Shown: piece after piece, positions 12,033 to 24,090 of the stretch
Layout: every line of letters begins with the position of its first letter
Position numbering within the stretch: position 1 is the stretch's first letter
Assembly: GCA_013239625.1 (NCBI GenBank)
Contig: MU054187.1
Coordinates: forward strand, 7,017,757 to 7,081,756
DNA from: Lama guanicoe
Taxonomy: Eukaryota
Reading direction: 5' to 3'
DNA: 64,000 bases
The notes under the pieces: generated by a model
Databases searched by the model: none
The model's input: the letters and a program-made list of their open reading frames with translations, nothing else
Told to the model about the DNA's origin: nothing
Made by a program: the position numbers and the translations under genes

Positions 12033-13539
12033 GTGCCTTCTTAGAGATCTACCACGTAATTCAGAATCCAAACCTAGAACCTTGAATCCCTGCAAAAGAA
12101 ATTTTGATCCAATTCCTAAATAATTAAAATAGTTTGGAAGAATGTCTTATATTGTTTTGGTGTTACGTACTCTGAAAGCACATCGCTGCAACCTTGCAGA
12201 ACAGCAGACAGAGGTGATTGGCCACTTTGTCGATGAGGAAATACATACAGTGAACAGTGAGATACTGTGACTTTCCTCCAAAGGTCATATGGATGATATT
12301 CATGCAAAATTATGTTTTGACATCAGTTTTTGGAAATATTAAGTCAAATTATGATTATCTTTTTTTCAAATTAGTTTGGAGAAGAGGCAGCTGTCATTCA
12401 TGACTTAGCTTACAGTAATTTTTAAAGCAGCTCCACTTATCATAAAATACAATTAACTAAAAACCCAGTCATTCGCCATTGGGTCTTCTTCCCTTGAAAA
12501 CAATCCTAGGTGCTAAAAAGTCTGCTTGGTTTAAAAATCCAGTGGCCGTTCCAACACGGAGAGCAAAGACAGCAGTGTGATAAGCCTCAAAGGATTCCCC
12601 AGATCAGTCTGTGATTATGTGGATGATTATCAAAGCTTGCATAATGTATGATTATGGGTTTATAGATTAGATAGATAACTTGTGTAGAGATTAGGCTGGA
12701 ATTCTCAGAAGTACATTTTTTATGAGTTTTTCAGAAGAGAAGCAAACCAGAATGCGCTATACATGTTCTAAATAACATGTATGTGGCTACTAGTGAAGGA
12801 AATAAATATTTCTAAATAGTGTTTGAAAAAGACGTTAAGTTCTGTGTATTTCCCTCGCCAGTCCCATCCTGAGCGCATTTTACACTCTGCCTCTGGCTCT
12901 CTGTCTCTCTCTCATGCACATTTCCAGACCCAGCATGACACTAGCAGTTCCCTCTTTCTCTGACTGGTAGGTGTTCCGGCTGATCCTTAGCCATTAGGTC
13001 ACTACTTCATATCTGATAATTTACAAGACAGGTGAAAACACTTGAAGCTAGACTGGAAGTTAAGGTAGAAGTTACTGAGTTTGCAAAACAAAAATTGGGT
13101 TCAAACAAATGTCAAAGTGATGCGTGATGAAATCCCATATCTGTATCATCTGCCATTTTCCTGCATTGATCAGTACTCCCAGAGCACTTCAAACAGCAGT
13201 TAACTTAGCTAGGTGGACAACAACTCACCCAGAAAATGCAAAGTGGTGATACGCACCATGTGAGCACTCTGTTTCTAGACTCATGCTCTCTGGTGGATGT
13301 TTGATGGGAAGATCTACTCTAAAGTCTGCCATAAAAACATTTTGTAGAATCCTAAATACTGAATGTTTCACAGTGGAAATAGATTACTTAACATCATTCA
13401 CAGTCAAGGATTTTTGAGACTTTTAAAAATCTGTTATTTTTATATTTCAGTTAGTCTCCTAATTACTAAAGGGGTTCTTTTCCATACCTAATGGAGATAA
13501 TGACAGGAAAGTATTTTAAACTTAATTAAACCAGCACCA

Positions 13540-13668
13540 GATTCATAGGACATTACAGCTAGAAGCAAACCTGGAAATCTTCAGAAATGACCTCTCATTG
13601 GCTGGGCAAAATATCTGAGGTCAGAAAAAACAAAGGGGCATGAAGATTACGTGGCTGTTTAGTAGAAC
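13540..13668 (-). mobile_element. MIR3-like SINE fragment
   Basis: 'cagctagaagcaaacctggaaatcttc...cctctcatt...ctgaggtcaga'. Confidence 0.5.
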
Positions 13669-16194
13669 ACTACCTGTTACACATACTGCTTACACAAACA
13701 CATACACATGCTTACTTTATTTTCCAGGGTGCCTCAATTCCTAATTAAGAATGTTTGAACACCCGCACGGTCCACTCAGAAGAATAACGCAACTCACTCA
13801 TTGTGCTCAGGAAAATACAGCAAAAACACACAGAAGATGAGATCTGTATCTGGGCAACAGGACTTAAAATTAAATTAGAACGTGCACACATGAGCACAGC
13901 AAGCTACCTCGCAAAGCATCAAGTTTCTCTGGCACTGGTGGTGTTCAGAGATGAGACAGTCCACTTGCAGTGATGGTGAAAGAGCAGACTCCTTCCACCT
14001 GTGGGAGGATAGGCATGCTGACTTTGACGTCTTCTTCAACTGTGATCTGCGACTTTTGGGGAGGATGTTTCTCTAGTGTTCCTTCAAATTTCAGCCTTCT
14101 TAAAGTATATGAGTGTGTGATTTTAATGTAACTGAGCACACAATGATTTCCACTTGTGGTTTGTAATTCTTATTTTTCTTCTTTGCAAGACACTTCCTAA
14201 TTTCATTTGAAAAATCTATTTTCTTATATTTCTGGCTGGGAGCTCTTTTTTCTTGATAGGTAACAATTGATAAAAAATATTGAGTAAGTCATGATTTAAG
14301 CACAGTTTACCATTGATTCAAATTTACAACAATAGCTCCTAGTATATTAAATTAGGCATATGTAGGTATAATCAGAAACAATTTGGGTCTGTCATACCTT
14401 ATAGATTGCTTTTTCTTACCATGGTCATTAGCACCTTCTTATAATACCCAATGAGTTTTTATTCAGGGAGGACTTATTCAAGTCTGTCTCAGGTGGATGA
14501 AATAGGCACGTGGCCAAAATTACCTAAGCCACCACACTGCCATAGCTCACTATTGATTACCTGCAGATTTTATGTCTCTTTGGCTTGGATTGTGTCTATA
14601 GGCAGGTCCGAGAGGGGAATGGTTAATGTATTAGTCCAGTGCTATCTGGTCTTCAAATGTTCTGGTTTTACAGGAAACAGAAATGATAGCGCTACAATAG
14701 ATAATTCACAGCACATCGCCGTTTTCCTGTCTCGAGTATCTGCAAGTCTGACTCTGTTGAGGTTAATCTGTGTTCCTCCACTGCTTAGTTGAGGCTGCCG
14801 TTTCTGAGAGAGTGTGTGTCTGTGTCTTGTATTCAGCCTTTGACTTGATTGCTTCCTCCTGGCGCTCTCTCTGCAAAAACTTATTTGCCACACCTAAGGA
14901 GTCAGAAAAATTATAGAGAGGAAGTGCGTGTCCCTGATCATGTTAAGTGGATGTATGTTTGTGAAAAAAGGAATAAGGCTTTTTAAAAATACAACATGTC
15001 AAAACGTTATCTGTCCACAGAAGCGAGACTGCAGCGTGATGTGTGGTTGGGTTTGGCGGGCATTGACCCAACCCTTCCGTGGTGTGAATGATGGCTGTTG
15101 GTAATTTCACTCCAGACCCTGAAGCAGCTGTCGCTGTGAATGAAGGACGAGAAGAAAGCATGTCCTGTTGCTCATCTTGATTTGGAAAAGCAGCTGAGGC
15201 AGACGGCTTTCCAAGTCTATGCCTTTGTAGAACAACGTCCATTTGTCAGATGAAGGTCTTTCTGACGCCTCTGAAACGTTGTCCGTCCATTTGACAGCTA
15301 GCCGCTTCACAGGGCACGTGCACTCCGTGGGCTGGTTTTGCAAACCTTGGCTCGTGCCGTTTTCTTTTCATAGAACGAGCTTCTCCCGTATTACTGAGTG
15401 CCCAGAACATTCCAGTCATTCCCAGAGTCTAAAGGCTGCTTTTTGCAGCCACATATGTTCTCAAAGCTCCCACAGCTTTTTGTGGACTCAAATCTTACAC
15501 ATCTCATATTAGGTCTTCTACGGAATCTATTTCTCCTTTTAAATTTTTCCTTAAAGGGAAGGCTGACCTTTTTATTCATTTTTGTAATTCTGCTGAGAGC
15601 TAATAAATGTTTCTGTTTAAGTAAGAACAACAAAATGTGCAATGAAAGTAAGTTCGATCCATTAAAGTTCAGTTTAATAGAATCCAGCAAATTTAAAATC
15701 TATTTCAGGCATAGTATAAGGCTTATTAGCAATTAACATTGATGTTACCTTGGAAAATGTTGAAAATCAATGCAATCCATCTTGCAACACAGAGCTACTT
15801 AGCAGAAACACAACGTCCCTATTATGGTTGACGTTGTAATATTGTAACTCAGTGCTTTATAAGTCCTGCCATGGAAGCTAGCAGACTTATCTTAGAATGG
15901 GCCAAGGGTCTGTTGAACAAACATTTGTTATTAAAACTCAGGTCCTTGAACTGAATTTTGTGATACCTAAAAACTGTGTCACAATATGGAAAACTATAGT
16001 AACTCGACAATTTGCTGATTCTCCTTGGCCCTAAAGCTGACGCTTTGTCCCTAAATGCTTTCATTTTATATGTGATCTTTCCCTTGCTTTGTGTATATTT
16101 GAATCTCTCCCTCTCTCTCTCAAGATCTGCCTATAGAGAGCTATCTATGTATCTTTGTCTCCATATCCTGCAACAAAAAAACCCAAAAAGTAAA

Positions 16195-16275
16195 GAGTAC
16201 GTGGGACTCTCTGTACTGTTTTTGCAATCATTCTGTAAATCTTCAATTACTCCCAAATAAAACTTACTCAAAAAT
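16195..16275 (+). mobile_element. Old L1 (L1MC/MD-type) 3' terminus
   Basis: 'gggactctctgtactgtttttgcaatcattctgtaaatcttcaattactcccaaataaaa'. Confidence 0.65.
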
Positions 16276-17469
16276 AAATAAGTGAAAGATGCAGTATTTA
16301 GAAAGTTAAAAGGAATAATTACTATTATTTGATTCATAAAAAACATTGTAAAAAAAATCCACTATGCGCACCTTCCTTTTATCTTGTTTTTGTTCCAAAA
16401 CATTTGAAAGCTTGTTAGAATTGTAATGCTAAAGGGTATATCTAAAATGCTAGTTAGAATGTTCTATTTAAAGATGTTGACAGATACAGCCTCTAACCTT
16501 CTAATGTTAAGAGAAGTCCTCCATGATGGGTTGGAGGGGGGCTTCAGGTATAACTGTTTTGGGAAAGCAAAATAGTTTATGGTCAACTAAGCTTTCTAGT
16601 TATTCAGTGCTGACTCTGAGAAGTGTTAGAAGTCGACTCGTTTCTTGGTATCAATGACATTCCACCTGCCTAAGTATGCTTGAAATAGAGATATACCTAC
16701 GAATTATCTATCACAGAGCTATTTAATAGTACAGCTTACAATTTATTTGTAAAAAATACCTGGAACTGTAACTCAAACGTGAGGATGGAATGTGCATTTC
16801 AATGTACCAAGTTAAGCATGTAGAAGACATTTCTGTTTTCTCACATCATCTCCTAAATGGCTTTCTACCGATTTGGAAAACATTTTAAAAACAGATACAA
16901 CATAACATTTTCAACTATAAAATGGGAAGGTATCAACTTACAGGTTTCTTTTTTTTAGAATATTCAAACTGAAACATTTTTACAGACTAAATAGATCGCT
17001 TAAGTCAACAGTATCCTGGACTCTAAGTTAACATCTTTCTTAAATTGCATTATTGTATGCATTGCGAGTAATATACCATCATCAAATTTATACTCTAATT
17101 ATAAGTTGCAAATGTATAATTAGTAGAATTTAACCTCTCCAAATTGATGTAATTCAACCTAAGTATCCTGGCTACATAAATGCATGCTAATCAACAAGAA
17201 AACACTTAAATAAAACAAGAATGTTAACATAACAACTACAGAATAAACAAACTTTTGAAGAAGGAAAAAAATTCAGGGACTAATTACATCTTCAACAATA
17301 ACCCATAAATGCATACTATTTCAAAGTGTTTTCCTGTCCACTCAGACTTAGATGTGGCCAGAATTGTTTCAGCATGCATTTGAACTCTATCCGCATTGAC
17401 AGCTCCTGCTGGGTATTCATTTCTTCGCTCAGTAAGCCATTCAGGCTTATTCATTTAGCTAAACAATGT

Positions 17470-17650
17470 CTGGATTAGCTCATCCTTAATAACAATGTGT
17501 GAAACCGTTATCCATTTTACAGATAGGAAAGTGGAGGCTTAGGAAAGTTAAGTAACTTGCTCAAAGTCACATAGCAGGTGAATAATGCAGGTGAATAATG
17601 CAACCAAGTGGCCTGAATTCAGACCTGTGTTCTGAGCTCCACTCTATTGC
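17470..17650 (-). mobile_element. MIR SINE
   Basis: Core 'ccattttacagataggaaagtggaggcttaggaaagttaagtaacttgctcaaagtcacatagc'. Contains a 13-bp tandem duplication at 17574-17599. Confidence 0.85.
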
Positions 17651-19244
17651 TCGTCTGGAATTACTGACCTGCTGCTCCCGCTGGATTGGTCAGATGTGGG
17701 GAGGAGACACAGAGAAGACCTGCCTTATCTCGACTGGTGCCCAATAGGACTTCTACATTGGGACCCTCCCCTTAATATCCCTTTAACTATTTTAATAACT
17801 TTCTCATTGACTGTGTTCCAGGAGCTTTGCTTGGCACTGGGGACAGGTAACAGACGAGACAGGTGTAGCACCTTCCATCCAGTGAAGCATCTGGCAGGGG
17901 AAAGAAAACTTAATCACACAGTTTTACAAAGAATTGCATACCTTTTGTGATAAGCTCACTACACAAGATTGCAGTGTGCAATGAAAGCTTACGGCAGGAC
18001 AACCTGACCTATTCTGGCAGGTCACAGAATTGCTGTTTTGCCTCACCAACTCAGGTGATGGCTCAGGGCTTCCTGCCTGCTTCACACATCGCTTCGCTCC
18101 CAGGTCCAACTGCGGCAGAGTTTCTCAGCAGAACTCCAGCTCTGAGCTGCCCCGGTCCCAGCAGGCTTTGCGGCTCTCCCACTTCATAGTGGCCCTGTCT
18201 CCACTAACAGAGGTTTTACTAAATATATTTATTAACATATTTCAGGCCACCATTACCTTATCAGACCTCTGCTCTGCTGAAATACTGAGCAATATTGTTT
18301 TATTGATTGAGTACCTACTGACGCTAGCAATGTGCACACATGCATTATTCGCACACCACTGTAGCTGTAACGGTCTGGAGGTAATATTGAAAGTAATTTA
18401 CTGTCAGCTGTATATGGCAGGTGGAATGCTGTGGTAGTTAGACTGCCGATTTGGACATTGTGGTCTGCATACAAATGAGCTATCTGAAGTCTTTTCAGAA
18501 CTAACTTGATAAGACCAGATAGCCAAAAAGACCCTGCCTCTGAACAGAATCACTGATCTGCCTGCCATACGCAAATTCAGTAAATGGGGATCATTTATTA
18601 AGAACAGAAGGTAGACTTCCTTTATCCTGACTTTTTCGTGGTGTCAGTGACAGATCGGAATGAGAGTCAGAGTTTGCCCACACGTTGACTTAATGTAGTG
18701 TCAGAATCCTGCCCCTCTGTGCTATCTGCATTGCAGGATTGAACACAGGAGCTGAAGGTAAAGCAGAGATTTAGATAAAGACAATACGAAGCTCTGTTTT
18801 TTTTTTTTCTTTTCTTCTCCACCAGGGATAACACTAAGAATTTTTATGTACTGAATCATTCAATATTTTATATTACCAAGGGATCAATCTTAAAAAGATG
18901 CAAACAGAAACCTACTATTGTAAAAACTCACTTTATATTCATTGCTTCCCTTGGCCTAAATGCATTTTGAAGAAAAAAAAAAGAGCTTAAGTGTTACAAA
19001 GATGTGTAGATCTTGTTGATCCATTTTAACTGCTAGAGAGCTTTGATAGCATTCCATTCCATAAATCACATTTATGTAAACACTGCACAAGAGAGGAGCA
19101 ATTAGGTTGTTTTCATTTTTGTTTGTTTGTTTGTTTTTCTGGTGTACTGTGATTAAATGAAAAACCTCCTAGAGCTCTTTAGTTTTTCTTGGATAGACAT
19201 CCACAAAAAAGTGGGAGAAAAGTAAAAAAATATGTGCAGTTAGA

Positions 19245-19548
19245 TTTCAACTATATAAATCTTTAAAATACACATACATGTTATTTATTGATGAATTTAT
19301 TTCTATTATAGAAGTTCAGAAACATGCCTAGGAATGAACCACTCCAGTGTCAGGAGAGTGGATACTTCTAGGGAGGAAGGAGTATGGGCTGGAAGTAACA
19401 TTTTAACAATGTCTGTAAACGTTGTATTTCTTTAAAAAAATGATCTGAAACAAACTGCAATATGTTAACATCTGTTCAGTCTTGGTGATAATTATGTAGA
19501 TGCTGTATTTTTCTTTTACTTTTAAATATGCTTGGAATGTTTTATAGG
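19245..19548 (+). mobile_element. L1ME4-like 3' fragment
   Basis: 'caggagagtggatacttctagggagg', 'atctgaaacaaactgcaatatgttaacatctgtt', 'tatgcttggaatgtttta'. Confidence 0.65.
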
Positions 19549-21536
19549 TTCTGTTAAAATTAAGTTCCGTGAAAAGTTGCAGGATATTATTTAAAAGAGG
19601 AAAATCTCTTGTGTCTCGTAAAAACATTAGAGTTACTGGTAAAAAATTGTATGTGCATACACTTAGCTGCCTTCTGTGGAAGGAGGTGCTTGAGACTTGG
19701 AAAACTAGCTAGGGAAAAATGATCAAATCCCCAGGTGGCAGAAGGACTCTGATGGCTATGAATGTAAATAGCACTTTCTGCTTTAACACAGGAGGTGGAG
19801 GTGGGGGCTGGGATGGTGAAGGACCTGGAAATATGAGCCGTTTAGGGAGCTGAGTCACACCTGGCCTGAGAAGGACAACTCAACCCCATCCCTGGAAGGA
19901 GCTGGACTCAGTTATAGGTAGGACTCCACCTTTGGGCGGGAGGGAAGTTTTAGGGAAATGTCATGTGAAATCAGCATTCAATCAGGGATTGGCTACACAG
20001 AAAACTGGAGCTGAAGATTCTAGAAGGAAAGCTAGGCTGTGTGGTCAGGGAGGAAGCAGATGTGGTTGGAGTCAGCCCATCTGAATCTAAATGATGTGCA
20101 AGATAGCAAAGCTCTGAGGTTTTTTTTTTTTTATCTAGCACTAGGAATAGTGCTACCCTGGAGATATTCTTGTAAGAATTAAACAGAGTAACACATGAAA
20201 GTTCTTGGCACCTCAAAAAACTAATTTTCCTCTCCTCTTGTTAATGTAAGTGTAGTTGGGGGTGAAATGGGGAGGAGACAGAAGCAGGCAGAAGACTTCA
20301 GCTGAAGTCATCTATCTGCACAGCTCTCTCAGAAGGGACCTAAGGACAAATCCCATCCCTGCTGCCACTTCTCAGACCTGGGGGTAGGATCGGGGTGAAG
20401 GGCGAGGCTGCACGGTGACTGCAAACAGCTGCAAGTTAATGACGAGGGCATTTATTAGATTATGCATGTGTTCCTCAAATTAGTTCGGATGCAGAGGTCA
20501 CTGGATTCAGTTACACACATTAGGGGAAGCTTAGCTGTTCTGAGCATGAAGTGAAGCACCAGGCATCCTCACTCATGTTCTGACCACTGATCAGAAGCGG
20601 GAAAGATGCTCAAGGACGAAACAGTCCCTGCTGGGAGGGTGCACCAGCACACACTCACAATCACCGTTTCCGTCCCTGCTCACTGCTCTGGAACGCTGGC
20701 CCACACTTTAAACCATTCACTCCAATATAAATTTCCAGGAGACGGTTTTGAAATCAAATCAGAATCTTTGATATAGGCATTCTCTGTCTGCTACCACTGT
20801 CGCTCACCACTGCTTTTTAATTCTCCTTTGATTCAAATTAAATACCTTACCGTCACTCAGAAACTGTGCCTTATGTCTTTCCACCGTCAGAGCAGTTAAT
20901 TAGCTCTTGGCAGGTCTGAGATTCTGAAGAGCTTGAGAGGATGATTTGTAATTGTGTGCTGAAGGACAGCAAGTTGCTTCAAATAAGCACGGTTGAAAGT
21001 CTATTGTTTGGCATTTGTCAATTCCTACATGCTCTAGGTTTTCATTTCTTCGGCAGAAATAGAAAATCTTATTTGTTTCACATTTCTGAAGGTAGAGACA
21101 TCATCATTTCTCATACCTGAACAAATGAAGACTGTAAAAAAAAAAAACCCTAAGGAAAAGCATAAAAAGGAAAATGGCGTCTTACTGAAGCAAAAAGCCC
21201 TATAAAATCGGAAAAGGGCATTCTTGAGGAAGCCCTCTACCATAAAAATTGACTCTTATTGCCCCCGTTACCTTTAAAGAGGTTAAAAATGAGAGATTTG
21301 CCAAGGATCTGTCTTATTCATCTTTGCCAGCAAAATAGAGTCCATTCTTCTCAGAATGGCATTCAGAATCCTCAGGCATTCTGAACTTGACACATTTCTC
21401 TGATCATTTCTCCTATCACTACTTATCTGCATACATGTGATGTGGCAAATTTGAACATTTCAGTCTTCTTTAACAGCCTGGCTCAGTTTTTAGTTGCTTT
21501 TAGAGCCATTTTTCTCCTACTCATGGCTCTTCCTTA

Positions 21537-21827
21537 TTAGGGACAAATTTAGAAAAAAAATGCAGGATGTCCAGTTGAATTTGAATTTCAGATGAACAAG
21601 GAATATTTTTCAACATCATTATAGCCCATGCAATATTTGGGATATGGTCTTATTAAAATATTGCATTCTTTTTTTTAACATTTTTTTATTGAGTTATAAT
21701 CCATTTACAATGTTGTGTTAAATTCCAGTGTAGAGCACAATTTTTCAGTTTTACATAAAATCTTGTGTTCTTGTCTACATGAAATTCAAGTTTAGCTGGA
21801 TGTCCTGGATCGGATCTGGCAGCCCTG
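21537..21827. mobile_element. MER53 palindromic hAT MITE, interrupted by an L1 insertion
   Basis: Arms 'caggatgtccagttgaatttgaatttcagat' and 'atgaaattcaagtttagctggatgtcctg' are mutually inverted. Central 'cccatgcaatatttggga'. Ends 'tggcagccctg'. Partial 8-bp TSD CTTCCTTA/CTTCCTCC. Confidence 0.85.
21669..21755 (-). mobile_element. 5'-truncated camelid-type L1 3' end
   Basis: polyT + 'aacatttttttattgagttataatccatttacaatgttgtgttaaattccagtgtagagcacaatttttcagtt'. 15-bp TSD TAAAATATTGCATTC (21654-21668) / TAAAATCTTGTGTTC (21756-21770). Confidence 0.9.
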
Positions 21828-22394
21828 CTTCCTCCTCTGATCTCTCAGGAGATTGATTCTTATTCACTTAGCAGCTGGTATTTCCAACTCAGTCCTGCTA
21901 TGTGTCTTCAGTTAGATTTTAAGCTCCTTGGAAACAGAGAGGTGTTCCACTTTCAGTTTGGATCCAGAAGGAGGTGCAAGGTCTTTGTTCATGTGATAAA
22001 AACCAGAAATCACCAGGCCAACATACAAACAAAAATAATCATAATTTTTTAAAAGACACTGAGGAATCATGAGCACAAAGAAATGTTAAAGGCCTAATAC
22101 CAGAGGGAGCGGCTGACAGAGGTGAGACCAGGTTCTGAGGCTGTGGTCAGGGAGCACGGAGGAGGCCACCAGCTAGGGAAGGACTGTCTTTGCTCCAACC
22201 AGTAAATACTGGGTGGATCTTTGGGCTGGCGTGTCATTTCTTAATCTGATGCCACCCCAAACACAAAGTAATCCTCTCTGCCTAACAATTCCGTCTTGGG
22301 GAACTTTGCTGAGTAAGAGAGGCAAGGAGCTGGGATGGAAAGCGGAAAAAGACCTCATGATCCTGCAGCCAAGAAAAAGAAAAAAAAATCAATA

Positions 22395-22890
22395 CCTACA
22401 GGGAAAAATAATAATATGACATTGTCAGAAACAACGAGAGCCAAAAGAAAATGGAACAAAACCTCTGAAGTGCTAAAAGGCAAAAGCTAAACAGTAATGG
22501 CAACCTAGAATTCTGTAGAATGGTAAAAAAAACTTTCAAAAATTATGGTTAAATAAAAATATTTTCAGATAGAAGATGAGAGACATGGCTGTCAGCAGAT
22601 TTGTACTATCAAAATGGCTAGAGAGTTTTTCAGGCTGAAGGGAAGTGGTGCCAGGTGGAAATTCGTATCTACAGTAAGCAACAAAGAAGTTTGATAAGGG
22701 TAAATATGAAAGATTGTTTTCTCTCTTAAATTTTTAAAAAGTCAATTAAAATACCTTACATTATAGGTGAAAACATGTAATACGAATTCAAGGTTGATCA
22801 TGATAAATTATGAATGTGTATTGTCATTCCTAGAGTGATGATTATAAAAATAATAAAAAGAGGCTTAACTAAAAAAGCCAGTAGACGAGA
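22395..22890 (+). mobile_element. Ancient L1M fragment spanning the ORF1 3' part and inter-ORF region
   Basis: 'gaaacaacgagagccaaaagaaaatggaacaaaacctctgaagtgctaaaagg...caacctagaattctg...tttcaaaaattatggttaaataaaaatattttcagat' resembles the ORF1p motif ETM.ARRQW..IFKVLK...QPRIL...SFKNEGEIK.FSD, with disablements. Confidence 0.75.
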
Positions 22891-23159
22891 TACTGAAACA
22901 TACTCATTTACAGCACTCCTCTCTGGGGGAAAAAAATGGAAAGAAGGAACAAAGTCTAGAAAGGACCAAAAAGAGACCATGTTTTCCTCTGTATCTTTGT
23001 CATAAAGTACTTTAGTTTTCTGAAGCGAATGAAAAAACCACAGCCCTGCCAGCTCGGAAGCCCAGCCCATCCCAGCCCTGCTCTTCGCGGGCCTCTGGGA
23101 GCTGCGGTCAGCGGGACTTGCCTGGTAGGCTGTACCGATGTGGTGAGCGTTGCTCATGA

Positions 23160-23345
23160 TTTTTCTTTTTTCAACAGCTTTATTGAGATACAATTTAGAT
23201 GCCCTAGAGTTCATCCATCTAAAGGATCTGATGCAGTATTTTTTAGTGTGTTTGCAGAGTGTTGCAGCCATCATCATAACCTAATTTAAAAATATTCCAT
23301 CGTTCCCCCCAAGAAACCCTGTACTCATCCACCCCTTCTAGCCAC
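23160..23345 (-). mobile_element. L1MB-type 3' end
   Basis: 'acagctttattgagatacaattta...ttttttagtgtgtttgcagagtgttgcagccatcatcataacctaattt...aagaaaccctgtactcat'. Confidence 0.8.
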
Positions 23346-23364
23346 TCTGCTTGTTGAATTTTCG

Positions 23365-23482
23365 AATCCCAGGATCCACCTTAAACTGAAACCAAGTGCT
23401 TGTGGGTAGACTGGGACGTCGGCGTGTCTCACAAGCTCCCACAGGTGATTTCAGGGAACACTAAAGTTTGACAACCACTTTG
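23365..23482. mobile_element. MER5-like hAT-Charlie fragment
   Basis: 'acaagctcccacaggtgattt...ctaaagtttgacaaccact'. Confidence 0.6.
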
Positions 23483-23757
23483 GTAATCATGTCCTTTTCT
23501 CTCCAGACCCATTTCACGTTGCCACTTCATTAAATCCTGGGTGTTCACGAAGATCGCATCATTCTTGACGAGAAGGAGCGCAAAGCCCGGGCTCTGGCGC
23601 TGCCCAACCCCAGAGGCAGACCTTCCAGAACATTGTTTGTCATGGGCTCCCGGGATGGTGCGATCTGAGGGCCCTGAGAAAACTCACGTAGATGTAAAGT
23701 GAGAAAAAATTATTGATAAAGAATGTGAACAAACATTTTAACCAATCAATGTAAATC

Positions 23758-24090
23758 ATAGTAGAGCGCAGTGGGTAAGAGCAAGAGCATGGAGTGTGAT
23801 GAGGTCAGACCAAAGGGGTCTATACTCGTGAACTTGAGCAAATCACTCAGACTCAAGTCCTTCTAATAACACATTCTTCTTTTATTATTATTATTATTAT
23901 TATTATCATCATCACCTTTATTGGGGTATGATTTCTGTACAGTAAACTACACATATTCCAGGTGTACATAATAACACATTCTTCTTGAAGTTGTGATGAG
24001 AATAAAATGAAACCAAAGAAGTCAGTTATCTGGAAGAACACCTGGGACACGGCGAGCGCTCACTAGATGTTAACGGCTACCGTCATTATA
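23758..24090 (+). mobile_element. MIR SINE (interrupted)
   Basis: 'gcagtgggtaagagcaagagcatggagt', 'gtgaacttgagcaaatcact', 'gttgtgatgagaataaaatga...cctgggacacggcgagcgctcactagatgttaac'. Confidence 0.8.
23882..23968 (-). mobile_element. Short L1-type 3'-end insertion with a perfect 18-bp TSD
   Basis: TAATAACACATTCTTCTT at 23864-23881 and 23969-23986. The insert is a (TTA)n(TCA)n tail plus 'tttattggggtatgatttctgtacagtaaactacacatattccaggtgtaca'. Confidence 0.85.

Noticed and set aside
23534..23668. Protein-looking frame ILGVHEDRIILDEKERKARALALPNPRGRPSRTLFVMGSRDGAI after an acceptor at ~23506
   Set aside because: In-frame TAA between the acceptor and this frame, no convincing donor, and no recognised homologue.
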